Below, one piece after another: positions 36,889-48,657 of a stretch of 48,657 bases of DNA. The notes beneath the pieces are model-generated. The model did not search any database. It was not told the DNA's origin and saw only the letters and a program-made list of their open reading frames with translations. The DNA lies in NCBI RefSeq assembly GCF_001194135.2, contig NC_068985.1, forward strand, positions 9,160,263 through 9,208,919. The letters are read 5' to 3'. Source of the stretch: Octopus bimaculoides (Eukaryota). The translations under genes and the position numbers were made by a program. Positions within the stretch are counted from its first letter, which is position 1; every line of letters begins with the position of its first letter.

Positions 36889-37099
36889 TGCCCTGTTGAG
36901 AAGAGATATTATTTGTTAGGTGGGGTTTTTTTTTCCTGATTTATACTGATATTGTTATAACCTTGTTGTCCACGTTATAAAGTGACATATACGGTGAGGT
37001 CAAAGAAGGACATAACAGTGTCGACGAGACCCAACACGAGCAAAGCAAAAAACGAACCACAATTGTCAAAAGCAGAGATAAACACAACATAGAGCGAAT

Positions 37100-37650
37100 G
37101 ACTATCAAGCAACAGCGTAGGGACTGGCATACTGTATCACATGGAACTATATTAACAGGGTTGATAAGATTTATTGTTCAGCGAGAAAGAGTTATATTTA
37201 GGGTATATTATATATTATGTTCATCAGGATTATTTTGTTGGAAATTTGTGAGCTCTTTTACAATCGAATATTGCTTTTGTGTCGCGTTGTAGCTACTGTT
37301 GTAGCTACAATTTCTGTTGATGTCGTAGTTCATATTATAGCGTCGGTGTTTTTCCTTGTGTTTTTCGTTTATATATTTAAAATTTTTCTGAAATAAACAT
37401 CGAAACACCCTTAAAATGTTTAGACAGCTGGTTAACATTGTAGAACATCTACCATCTTTTATATTTTACTTTATTTTATATCTATGTTTACTTCTGTTTG
37501 CAAGAAAAACATGAAGTATATTTAAGAATCAGGACATCTGATTCGGGTGAATTTATATTGAGTTTCTGCTGCTGGATAACGCGAAGGGGATGTGCTTGAT
37601 ATCATCTAGTATTCATTCTAATAAACTCTTCTATTTTTGTATAAAGATTC
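37100..37650 (-). mobile_element. Possible decayed PLE N-terminal ORF relic
   Basis: Broken frame ...FKYINEKHKEKHRRY...NNPDEHNIYNIP*I*LFLAEQ*ILS resembles the 'I.NLS...L...E..ILS' segment of PLE ORFs; many stops. Confidence 0.3.
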
Positions 37651-37847
37651 ATCTCCATACACGTTAATTATATACATTAATATACATAAATGTGTAGTTG
37701 TAGGTGTACTTACGTATGTATGTATGTCATTATTCAGTTTATTTCAAAATTTCTTGCAAATGGAGTAAGAATCGGTTTCTATCCTAGATCCAAGGCTCCT
37801 TCACTGGAATTTCAACATCAGCAACAGGGTATTTTTGTTTGCATGTT

Positions 37848-38620
37848 CAGTGGTTGGACAAAATAATGGAAACACCTAGCATCATAATTTTGAAATATCT
37901 AGAAAACCGTCAAAAGCTTGTGTAGTTATCTTTTTTTATTTATTATTAGTGTTGCTTAATATGTTTTGCTAAAACCGCTTTTTCTTTTCAGATATCATCA
38001 GGAAATGGTAATTAAAATGACAGATCTAGCGGACTTTCAAAGAGATCAAATTGTTGGTGCTCTGATGGCAGGCGCTGGCGTAACGAAAGCAGCCGAAATG
38101 TTTGTATCAAGAAGTACTGTCTCGAAAGTAACAACAGCCTTTGAGAAAGAGGGAAAATCTCCTCGTCGAAAAAAAATTTAGACAGGGACCGTCGGACTTC
38201 TACGCGAATTGTTTGAAAGGATCACAAAACTACAGCTCCCAAAATTACTGCAGAGTTTAATGACCACCTCGGGAACCCAGTTTCCAAAAAAACTGTTCGC
38301 CGGGAGCTGCACAAAGCCGGATTTCACAGGACGGCTGAAATTACAAAAACACTACTTTCAAAAACAAACGTTGCAAAGCGTTTAGAGTGGAGTAGAAACC
38401 TACAGAATTGGTCTCTAGAGTAGTGGAAGAATGTTATTTTCACGGACGAGTCATCCTTTACCTTATTTCCGACCACTGGCCGAGTGTACGTGAGGAGACA
38501 GCCAAAAGAAACACTTGACCAGGAGGATCTGTGATAATTTGGATGGCTATATCTTGGAAATCCGCCGGCCCAATGGTTTCCCTTTATGGCAGAATTAATA
38601 ATCAAGACTATTTAAGCATA
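37848..38620 (+). mobile_element. Tc1-like transposon, 5' half
   Basis: CAGTGGTTGGACAAAATAATGGAAACACC end; ATG at 38017: MTDLADFQRDQIVGALMAGAGVTKAAEMF..VSKVTTAF..KTTAPKITAEF..VSKKTVRRELHKAG..WKNVIFTDESSFTLF..GGSV.IW; frameshifts, truncated before the 2nd Asp. Confidence 0.9.
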
Positions 38621-38741
38621 ATACCGTGATGACATTTTCGGACAACTGCTTATGATATGGGTGATACCTTAAGTGTTAACTCCACAAAGTCTGCATCGAT
38701 TGTCACATTTTACTGCCTTTCCTGCCTTTTTTGTTGATGTA

Positions 38742-39233
38742 CAGAAATCACTCGCCATATCGCGGTTCACCTACTGTGCCCTCAGTACATCGCAGATTTT
38801 TCTGGCTAATATATGTAAATTTATATCGCAGACTCCTCGCGACCGATAGATCTTTATATTTTTCTATATTTTAATTATTTCTGTGATAAAATAAGCATTT
38901 TTACGCCTATAAATTAATAACTTAATAAATAAGAATACAGAACAGTACAACACTGTATAACACATTAATTAAAATATACTAAAAGAAAATACGTAGTGTC
39001 CCGTAGTTGACTGAACAAGGAATCGCACATACTGTATGGAAACCGAAACTCGGGAGGCAGGAAAAAGAGAATGAGGAGAGTTTATAAAAGCTTATACATA
39101 AACAAGATAAATATATACAAATTATAAAAATAATTTTAAAAAATATACAGTGCAGTACTGTTTCTACTTTGCGGATTTTCACCTACCGCGTGGGGTTTTG
39201 GAACGTAACACCGCGATGGTCGAGAGGTTACTG
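38742..39233 (+). mobile_element. pogo/Tigger-like MITE
   Basis: TA|CAGAAATCACTCGCCATATCGCGG...CGAGAGGTTACTG|TA; colinear with 28024-28485. Confidence 0.87.
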
Positions 39234-39240
39234 TATGCAC

Positions 39241-39281
<41 letters not shown>

Positions 39282-40096
39282 TGTTTGCATTATGTTCTTT
39301 AGAATCTGCGGGTTTTCAAATAAAGGACAACTCTTAGTTTTACATGTTTTTTTACAGAGTTTCGGTTTGTTNNNNNNNNNNNNNNNNNNNNNNNNNNNNN
39401 NNNNNNNNNNNNNNNNNNNNNNNNNNNNNNNNNNNNNNNNNNNNNNNNNNNNNNNNNNNNNNNNNNNNNNNNNNNNNNNNNNNNNNNNNNNNNNNNNNNN
39501 NNNNNNNNNNNNNNNNNNNNNNNNNNNNNNNNNNNNNNNNNNNNNNNNNNNNNNNNNNNNNNNNNNNNNNNNNNNNNNNNNNNNNNNNNNNNNNNNNNNN
39601 NNNNNNNNNNNNNNNNNNNNNNNNNNNNNNNNNNNNNNNNNNNNNNNNNNNNNNNNNNNNNNNNNNNNNNNNNNNNNNATATATACACACGCATGCCCAC
39701 GCGAAACTTAATTTTTGCTACAAACTAACATAAAATTTGTATGCTCTAAAGGCGGGCCTGTTTTACAGTTAATCATTTTAAGGTTCCGGAATCAGCTGAA
39801 CATGACTACAACTATTACACTCTGGAATTTGTGTTTGGGTATATTGGAGCTACAAGAGTTTGGAACGTATAAGTGAAAATGTGAGGGAAAATTTCATATG
39901 CCAACATAAAAAAAAAAAAATTGAATAATTTAAGAATTTCAAAACCATTTTTTTTTTTTTTTTAGAAAAAATACTGGAATATCGCAAAAGCAGGTTAGTG
40001 GTGAATGACTGAAACTTTACAATTGTCAGACCAAAATTTTGACATAATTTAGTCTTGCCTGATGTTCAAATTCATTCGTAGACTGATACATTAGGG

Positions 40097-40538
40097 GTAC
40101 TTTTTGGTTATCTCACTACCATTAAAAAATAGCCATTAAAAAAATTGGGTTATCTCCCCACTAAAAAATCGAGTTTGTGGCGACAAGGGGTTGGATTACA
40201 AGAGAGTTAGATCCTTTTGCTTCAATACTTCAACAGATCGTTGACGTTTGGCTTCCTCAATAGGAACTATATGATTTGTTATCAACATGTTATAGATTCA
40301 GTAAGGTGTTAAATTTTTTTAGCTTTCATGTTTATTAATTTTTTCAGTTTTGCATGTTTTGTTAGAAAAAATATTGTCAGATTCAAACGATGTTTCACTC
40401 TTTCTGTTTATTAATTTTTTTCTCTTTTTGTTTTGTTTTATTGTTAAACAATTTTTTTAATTGCGCGAGATAACCAAAAGTACCGATATTTCTTGTAAAA
40501 CAGGGGGAGATAACCCAACTATTTAACCAAAAAGTACT
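40097..40538. mobile_element. Unclassified TIR element with subterminal GGTTATCTC repeats
   Basis: GTACTTTTTGGTTATCTC (about 40098) is inverted at about 40467 and partly at 40525; TTGGGTTATCTCCCC (40145) is inverted at 40504. Confidence 0.55.
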
Positions 40539-40814
40539 AGAGATCTACCGTTGTCTATTTAAAGTGCATAATCTTATGTCATAGTTAGAAATTACAATAA
40601 ATTCCTTTCCGTGGTAGCATATGGTGATTTTCGCTTTTAATGTTACCTATTAATACAGAACATGGAGAGATTTTTTTAAAACTGTTTCAAGTACATTAGA
40701 GTAATCGATATTTTTGCTATACCATAAACGTAAATTAAATACAGGCACACACAAGTTTCCTTTTCAATAACTATATTAAATGTATTTGCTTATTATTAGT
40801 AGTAGCAGTAGTAG

Positions 40815-41400
40815 TAAGGCGGTTTACTGGCAGAATTGTTAACACGTCGTATAAAATCATCTGTCTTTTCGTTCTGAGTTCAAATTCCGCCGAGGTTGGC
40901 TTTGTCTGTCATCCTTTTGAGGGTGGGGAGATAAATTAAGTACCAGTTGCGTACTAGGGTCGATCTAATACACCGGGCCCCCTCCCCCACCCACCCCCAA
41001 ATTTCAGGCCTTATGCCATGAGTAGAAAAGAATCGTTGGCGCGCTGGACGAAATGCTTAGCGGCATTTCGTCCGTCGCTACTTTCTGAGTTCAAATTCCG
41101 CCGAGGTCGACTTCGCGTTTCATCCTTTCGGGGTCGATAAATTAAGTACCAGTTGATTACTGGGGTCGATGTAATCGACTTACCCCTTTCCCAAATTTTA
41201 TTATTATTAGTTGTAATAGTTGTTGTTGCTTCTTACTCTTTACCTTCTGATTTCAACTTCCGCCGGCATCAACTTTGCTTTTTATCCCTCCGATATCGAT
41301 GAAATTATAAGCATAAAAGTACCAATCAAGAACTGGAGTTCATGGTAATACTATCGATTTCTTCTCACTCTTCAAAATTGCTGACGTCATGCTTAAGCTA
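40815..41400 (+). mobile_element. Three tandem SINE family 3 copies
   Basis: About 40815-41030, 41030-41200 and a decayed one at 41240-41400; repeated GAGTTCAAATTCCGCCGAGGT and TAAATTAAGTACCAGTTG. Confidence 0.85.
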
Positions 41401-43741
41401 GACACCATTATTTGTAACGCGTCATTTTACATAATTCATTCGACGGACTTTATACATGCTTAGACGTTTAATCAAAACATAAGGTTTATTAAAGCATGGT
41501 ACGTGTGGAACTGACAGCATAATTACCAAATTAATCCACCGCCTTTTTTTATGTTTGTTATGCTACGATCCTTAAATACAAAATCAAATGTTATTCTCGA
41601 AAGGTTACATACTGCTAACATCCTGTAACCTCTCGTTTCGTCACTTCCTGTTGTTTTTTTACGACTCCGTCAATGTTTAAGTTGTGCCAAAATGGTCGAG
41701 GTTTTAGTTTTACTTTTTCATTTTATTCGTAATGGTGTAGTGTTTAGTGGTTGTTGTACTAAGGACTTTGGTTATATTTATGATTGACGGTGGTTACTCG
41801 ATTGCAAGTGCTGGTTTCTGTTACATTTGGCGTAGTTTAGTACGATTCAAAATTTTTAAGAATCTAATTTGTGTTTCCAGGACACGAAGCTCCTAAAAAA
41901 AAAAGAAAGAGAAAAAAACTGGAGGAGTAAAACACGAACTTGGCAGATATATAAATATTTCGACAAGATAGAAAAACTGGATTCCTTTAATTACACCTCT
42001 TCCAGGTTCATTGATATTCTGTTTAAATTATTTATGTTAGCAATGCGTGCTGGCAAAGGAAATACCATTTCATTATAGAAAGAGAATACGATAAGCAAAT
42101 ATAATCAAACATGTCCCGCAACGACTAGACCTGCTACAATACTTACGACAGTCGTGTTGGGGTCGAAAGAGATCTACATGGTTGTGCGAGTTGCTAGAAA
42201 TAGAAACAAAATGTTCTATACGTTTTGCACAACACTCAAAGAAAACAACGCATTAAATAATACGAGCTTAGTTAAACTGTGTCTGGATGAAAGCAGGGAT
42301 GGTCGCAGGTGGAATGACTTTAATCATTGGCCGTCAAGATGGTATCTTTAAAGAACAGTTGCAACAGCACCGCAACAGTCAACATCATACCGTTCGACTA
42401 TCATACTACAGAATTCAATAAGACCCTCAGCCACTAATAAACTGCATGCCAGTCCTAAAATGACCACCACAGTTGTACAACTGAATTGGGTATGTAGCTG
42501 AAACGCTGCCGCTTATTTGACGTCGCAGATTCGGCGCTGGATTATTCGACATCAGACTTCATGTTTCTCTCGTTCTCCACCCTCCCTCCTTCCCTCCCTT
42601 TCCCCCTCTACCTCTCTTTCTGTGTATAAGGACAGGGAAAGTGTTTGTCAATCATATTCACTCAATAAACTTTCAAATCCCTCGCTCGCTTTTTCTCTTT
42701 TTCTCACTCTATCTGTATGCGCTTATTTCTGCACATGTACACACGCGCGCGCGCGCGTGTGTGTGTGTATGTATGTTTGCCTCCAGCGCTAAGCCGTACA
42801 ATCGCCAAAACAGGTTCAATGCTCAGTCAACCGTACCAGATCGTCGGCGTCCAAACAGCTGCGCCCGATCGTCTCAATCTGCATTTATATATTTCTTATT
42901 TACAACTGTACTCAGAAGGAGAGAAATATCAAGGTCGCGGTTATCTTCACGGCAGGAGGACAAGTTAAGCAGTGAAGGTTGGTCATGAGCCTGACTCAAA
43001 GGTGAGATATCATAATGGGTATTAATATCTAACGTGATAGTCTCTGCGTTTGTTACGATGAATGAGTCCAAGTTAAAATAGGTCCGAAAATGTGAAAGGA
43101 TGGAACGATGATAGTTGTAACAATTTCTGCCAGCTCGCTGCCTTTGTTCTCCTTAATTTTGACGTCAGTGAGCTCAAATGTTGTTTTGATATGCAATACT
43201 TCTTTTTGGCAGTGATAAGACACGTTTGTGCATTTGTATGCAGAAACCTTAATGAATCACAAGAAGTATATATAAAGATATTCTAAAGGAAATACCTTGC
43301 AGTAATTCTTTTTTTTTTGTGTGTGTGTGTTTCAAAGATATGTTTATCACGTATGCATAATGTTCTTTGGTGTCACTACGCAGTTTTTCTATCTGCTAGA
43401 TATATCACTCAAATCTCTTAGAACCTTCACTCTTCGTGGAAATCTGGTGTTTCCGGAACTACCTAAAGGCTAAGCTAGGCTAACTGCACACCTGTCACCT
43501 TTATCGAAGCTGGTTTAGTGTTGCACAAGAAACGAAAATATTCTAAATCTTAAAAACAAAATGGCCAACGAACACAAAATTTCGTTCGTTACCAGCATTA
43601 AATCGATGTTTGGAACAAATGTATTTTAATTATAGTTAAATATTTCTTTGTGTACTTTTTTCTTGCATAAAGTGTATATGTGCACATGTGCATAATTTAG
43701 GAAGTTACACATTGAAGCTTGGTGATTAATGCTGTTTAATA

Positions 43742-43938
43742 TTGGGTTGGTGCATAATTATTGCGGCTTTTTTTTTTCAACAAATTTTATTCAACAAAAA
43801 AAATAACATGTAACAAAAACATCTTTAAATGATTATTCCGGAGCATATTCACCATCTACTTCAATTTCTGCTTCCCATTAGTTTTTGTTGAATAAAATTT
43901 GTTGAAAAAAACCCCGCAATAATTATACACTAACCCAA
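43742..43938. mobile_element. mariner-type MITE, 197 bp
   Basis: About 58-bp TIRs starting TTGGGTTGGTGCATAATTATTGCGG; TA at 43740-43741 and 43939-43940. Confidence 0.9.
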
Positions 43939-44223
43939 TAACTCCGACAAAGCAATACTTATGACTCACCAGTTACCAGAGCCGTGAATATGTGTTACAG
44001 CAGAGGAATGGCATATGTTTACATCTAAGAGGATTGGAAAAAATAATATTTAAAAAATAAGCTATTCTTGAGTTCGGGAAATAAATGAAGAAAATGAAAA
44101 CAAAAATTTACAAGTAAAATTAGAATAAAATATCAACAAAAGATCTCATGCAGTGGTAGAGGACTATACATTTTATGGGTGGGATTGGTTGAGCAAATCA
44201 ACGTCAGTGTTTCGTTCCTACTG

Positions 44224-45150
44224 TTAGGAAATTTGTAGAAAAGAGACAAAAAGTTTGCTAATGTTTTATAAATACAAGGAATAGTTTTATTCATCAAAGT
44301 ATGCACCCGTATTGTCAATATACTTTTGCCATTTCAGTGGTAGCTTGTCCAGCTCGGAACTGTAAAAGCCTGGCAATCTAGAGTCAATAAAATCTTCGAA
44401 GGCCTGATTATAGCATCATCGGAATTACATTTTTTCCTATCAAAATGTTATCCAAATTCTGGAAGAAGTGGTAGTCAGTGGGGACAAGATCAGATGAGTA
44501 TGGTGGATGATGGAGAACTTCCTACTCCAACTCATGTAGTTTCGCCAATGTCATTTTTGCGATGTGTGATCTGGTGTTGTCTTGCAATAAAATAGGAGTG
44601 GATCTGTTGACTAATCTAGGCTGGGGGTGGGGGTTTGTAAGTTTCTGCATCATTTGGTCCAGTAGGCAGCAGTATACTTTGGCTGTGATTGATGAGTCAG
44701 GTCTAATGAAATTATAATGGATCACACCTGCGCCAGACCACCAAACACATATCATCAGCTTCTTTTGATGAATTTTGCTTTTTAGAATGTTTTGGTGGCT
44801 CGTCTTTCTCCAGCCATTGTGCTGAACGTTTACGGCTGTTTTATTGGATCCATTTCTCATCACATTGTTACAATTCGATTAAAAAATGAGCATAATGCAG
44901 GTTTCCATGATGCTGTATTTCCAAGATAGAACTCGTATTTCAAAACTGTACGAATTTCCGATTTATCCATCTCTAAACAAAAATTGTAAAAAATGATTTA
45001 TAAATACTTTATAAAGCTCAAAATGAATTGGAATAATTAAATAGATGTGTCAGCTTTCTAACAAGAAATAAAGATTGTCAAAATATGATAATGGCGCAAA
45101 ATGAGCAGCCGTCAAAGTTTACCATATACCTTACTACAAATTTCATATTT
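44224..45150 (-). mobile_element. mariner transposon (cecropia-like), internally deleted
   Basis: MDKSEIRTVLKYEF..(deletion)..NRIVT.CDEKWI, KIHQKKLMICVWWS, PILLQDNTRSH, HPPYSSDLVPTDYHFF, LPLKWQKYIDNTGAYFDE*; weak 14-bp terminal inverted match (44225-44238 and 45134-45147). Confidence 0.9.
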
Positions 45151-45287
45151 ATATCTATTCCTAAATTTTACTCAAAAATAGCAACTAATAAATATTTTAA
45201 TTTTTTTTATACAATTTCACTCGTATATTTATATCAGAAGAAACAGCTACAAAAATACCTTCGCTCCACACCCTTCGACGAAATGTA

Positions 45288-45670
45288 TGGTGGCTGGCAC
45301 TCTGTTGGTTACGACGTCGAGGGTTCCAGTTGATCCGATCAACGGAACAGCCTGCTCGTGAAATTAACGTGCAAGTGACTGAACACTCCACAGACACGTG
45401 TACCCTTAACGTAGTTCTCGGGGAGATTCAGCGTGACACAGAGTGTGACAAAGCTGGCCCTTTGAAATACAGGTACAACAGCAAGAAAGAGTGAGAGGAA
45501 GATGTAGTTAAAGAGTACAGCAGGGTTCGCCACCATCCCCTGCTGGAGCCTGGTGGAACTTCAGGTGTTTTCGCTCAATAAACACTCAAAACGCCCGGCC
45601 TGGGAATCGAAACCGCGATCCTACGACTGCGAGCCCGCTGCCCTAAGCGCTGGGCCATTGCACCCTCCAC
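45288..45670 (-). mobile_element. SINE family 2 with 13-bp TSD
   Basis: Reverse complement of 3840-4222; TCGACGAAATGTA at 45275-45287 vs TCGAAGAAATGTA at 45671-45683. Confidence 0.9.
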
Positions 45671-45689
45671 TCGAAGAAATGTAAGACGC

Positions 45690-46294
45690 TATAAATAGAA
45701 GAAAGCGAACCATTTACCGTTGCCATCATGTGCTCAAGATCTTATTATATATGAAAACTGTAAAAAATTAACAGCCAATAGGAATTTTTTTTTTGTTTTA
45801 TGCTTCAACGTTTGACGGTAAAAGGATTTTGCTATTTGGAACGGCATAGAATTTCTAAAACAAATTCTCCTTGTTGGTGCTTTGATGGAACATTTAAAGT
45901 AGTTCCTGAAATGTTTAGCCAATTGTATGCGATTCATGCCTTAGATCAACACACTATACCCTTCATCTATGCGCACTTGCCGGACAAAACTCGGATAACT
46001 TATAACAAAATACAGGAAGTAAAGAACTTGGCTAATTGCACTCCTCTGAGTGCAATGATAGATTTTGAAAACAGCAATGCAGAATACTCTATTTGTGCAC
46101 TTTCCTGAAAGTGATGTTAAAGGTTGCTGCTTTTATTTGTGTCAGAATATAGGGGAATGCAGGAGTTTGGCTCTCAAAAGCATTATCAAGACAATACTGA
46201 ATTTTCTCTCAAAATGAGGATGGTAGCAGCCCTTGCCTTTATACCCACTGAATCTGTTCAAGTAGCTTTTGAAGAGCACTATGATATTATGCGT
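45690..46294 (+). mobile_element. MULE (Mutator-like) DDE transposase relic
   Basis: WCFDGTFKVVPEMFSQLYAIHA..IPFIYAHLPDKT..MIDFE..FPESDVKGC..EFSLKMRMVAALAFIPTESVQVAF; frameshifted. Confidence 0.88.
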
Positions 46295-46555
46295 GAAGGC
46301 GCGTGGCTTAGTGGTTAGGGTGTTAGTATCATGATCTTAAGATTATGGTTTCGATTCCTGAACCGGGCGACGTGTTGTGTTCTTGAGCAAAACACTTCAT
46401 TTCACGTTGCTCCAGTCCACTCAACAAGCAAAAATGAGTAACGCTGCGATGGACTGGCGTCCCGTCCAGCTGGGGGGAACACATACGCCATAGAAACCGG
46501 GAAACCGGGCCCATGAGCCTAGCTAGGCTTTATAAGGGCGCAAAAAGAAAAAGAA
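46295..46555 (+). mobile_element. tRNA-type SINE family 5 inserted in the MULE relic
   Basis: GGCGCGTGGCTTAGTGGTTAG A-box, GTTTCGATTCC B-box, GATGGACTGGCGTCCCGTCCAG body, A-rich tail. Confidence 0.88.
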
Positions 46556-47101
46556 GAAATGCCGAGAGACACTTTATCCGTTAACTGATGCTCTAACGAT
46601 CCTGTCAATTCGCTGATGAAAGACCGATTGGCTCTAGTTTACTTTAGAATGTTCTACGAACCAAGCGAGAGCATTACATCTGCTGTGTTGGTTTTTAATG
46701 ATAAAAATAATTATCTTGTTTCAAGCGATATGTTATTTATTAATGGCAGCAATTAGATTATTAAAAGAACTAGTGCACCCGTGCTTCAATAATATTTATC
46801 TTAATTAAATGCATTGAAAATTATTATAGAATAAAGCGAAAACATATGTGATTTGCTAATGATCATTGAAGATATGAATATATAAATAAATAACAGGAAA
46901 CTGATGTCTGTTTAAAATACATGGAAGAGAGATATTGCTGAGTATTACATTTAATCTTGGGATGAATATCTGTCTATTTATCTATCTATCAATCTATCTA
47001 TCTGTCTCTGTCTATCTATCTATCTGTCTACCATTCTGGACCGCTGAAATCTACAATTTTTATTTTTCATTCTCTCTCTCTCTGTTTATTTTCTCTTACT
47101 C

Positions 47102-47137
47102 CTTTCTGTTGAAGAGCGTAGGCTCGAAACGTAAAAG
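47102..47137 (+). ncRNA. Minimal hammerhead-like motif, core variant
   Basis: CTTT / CTGTTGA / A-GAGC-GTAG-GCTC / GAAA-CGT / A / AAAG; stems I and II perfect, core A6 reads U. Confidence 0.45.
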
Positions 47138-47224
47138 ACTTTTTCATTTTCTCGACCGTCAAACTAATACACTTGCTTGTAGTTCATACACCTGTCTTGG
47201 TTTTTTTTTTTTCTTATTTCTTTA

Positions 47225-47359
47225 TTGCCTACAAGGGGCTAAACATAGAGGGAACAAACAAGGACAAACAAAGGGATTAAGTCGATTACATCGACCCCAG
47301 TGCGTAACTGATACTTAATTTATCGACCTCGAAAGGATGAAAGGCAAAGTCGAACTCGG
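47225..47359 (-). mobile_element. SINE family 3, cut by a gap
   Basis: Reverse complement of 13630-13765. Confidence 0.85.
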
Positions 47360-47755
47360 NNNNNNNNNNNNNNNNNNNNNNNNNNNNNNNNNNNNNNNNN
47401 NNNNNNNNNNNNNNNNNNNNNNNNNNNNNNNNNNNNNNNNNNNNNNNNNNNNNNNNNNNNNNNNNNNNNNNNNNNNNNNNNNNNNNNNNNNNNNNNNNNN
47501 NNNNNNNNNNNNNNNNNNNNNNNNNNNNNNNNNNNNNNNNATATATATGTATATATATATTGGTCGAGTCAATCTCTTGGTATCGGAGTTGCAACTGGTG
47601 CTCAGGTTCTTTCGGGCAAGTTATGACTTGCGCTGCTTACCGCTGAAACTCGGAGTAGCAAGAGACTGGATGCGACCAAAATCAAATATATTACTAATCT
47701 CTATTATGATGCTGTGTATTCTTTTTTCCCGACAATTAAATCTAAACCGTGATAT

Positions 47756-47798
<43 letters not shown>

Positions 47799-48349
47799 TA
47801 CATACAAGCAGGCAGGCAGACAGACAGACATGTTAAAAGCATCAACTGACAACAAATACAGGCTAAGCAACAGTAAAGAAATAAACTACATCGTTGCCAA
47901 CTACGAAAGAATGTTCTCTAGATAAAACACAGCCGTAAGGTGTGTAATGTTAACAAAAACAGACTGAAATAAAAGACGAAAGAAAACAATAATAAATAAT
48001 GATGAGAATATTGAGACTGGTAGTTCAAAAAATTTTGGTTAAACCTAAGAATAGGAGCAGGAACGAAATTAAATCTAACCTGATATTCTTGTTTGGGAGC
48101 ACAAAATAAAACATGTACTGTTGTGGAAGTTAACTGTATGACTTGACATAATTCTGCTAAATAAGTTACAAGTGAAAGAAGACATTTGTGGGCTGTTGAT
48201 GAGCAGTCTACAAATCGAGATAATATCCGCATGGATATCAAGCTGTTAGATCTGTGCTTCTCTTTTCTCGACTGGATACATTACTCAACCCGCTTCCCGA
48301 ACTATGGACTTACCGGTGGAGGTAAAGGATATGGACCGCCCCCCGTTTT

Positions 48350-48657
48350 ACTCTTTTACTCTTTTACTTGTTTCAGTCATTTGACTGCGGCCATGTTGGA
48401 GCACCGCCTTTAGTCGAGAAAATCGACCCCAGGACTTATTCTTTGTAAGCCTAGTACTTATTCTTTCGGTCTCTTTTTGCCGAACCGCTAAGTTACGGGG
48501 ACGTAAACACACCAGCATCGGTTGTCAAGCGATGGTGGGGGGGACAAACACAGACACACAAACACATATATATATATATATACATATATACGACGGGCTT
48601 CTTTCAGTTTCTGTCTACCAAATCCACTCACAAGGCTTTGGTCGGCCCGAGGCTATA
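48350..48657 (-). mobile_element. SINE family 1, running off the window end
   Basis: Tail, central (CA/TA) tract and GGGCTTCTTTCAGTTTCTGTCTACC...CTCACAAGGC body shared with 55-130 and 18690-18900. Confidence 0.88.

Noticed and set aside
41630-41710. CACTTCCTG and CAAAATGG motifs as a promoter
   Set aside because: Short motifs only, with no supporting exon or CpG enrichment.
48186-48413. 75-aa ORF with GGGKGYG
   Set aside because: Not a P-loop consensus, runs into a SINE, and no splice context was identified.

Overview
AT-rich animal genomic DNA with nine assembly gaps and many (TA)n, (CA)n, (ATAC)n, (TAGA)n and trinucleotide microsatellites. The SINE families look octopod-like to me (my recognition, not a database result). 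One host gene is well supported: four + strand exons (3557-3769, 6156-6338, 12317-12449, 14995-15325) splice in frame into a classical short-chain dehydrogenase/reductase of the RDH/HSD17B6/BDH1-like (SDR9C-type) group, with motifs GCDSGFG, NNAG, catalytic Ser and YSMSK. Its first coding exon was not found. The rest is transposon-derived: five tRNA-type SINE families, two dead mariners, a Tc1 relic, a MULE relic, Penelope-like (PLE) relics including a GIY-YIG endonuclease, several MITE/fold-back elements and two minisatellites. The most interesting unexplained signal is a set of type I hammerhead-ribozyme-like folds in different scaffolds (9809, 12831, 24850, 47102, an inverted pair at 7840/8547, and a decayed one at 30165). 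Three of these lie sense within the SDR introns. Also notable are a ~67% GC structured insert inside a mariner transposase and an RT-less PLE whose endonuclease frame carries an in-frame poly-Asn expansion. All folds and alignments were done by eye and need computational confirmation.
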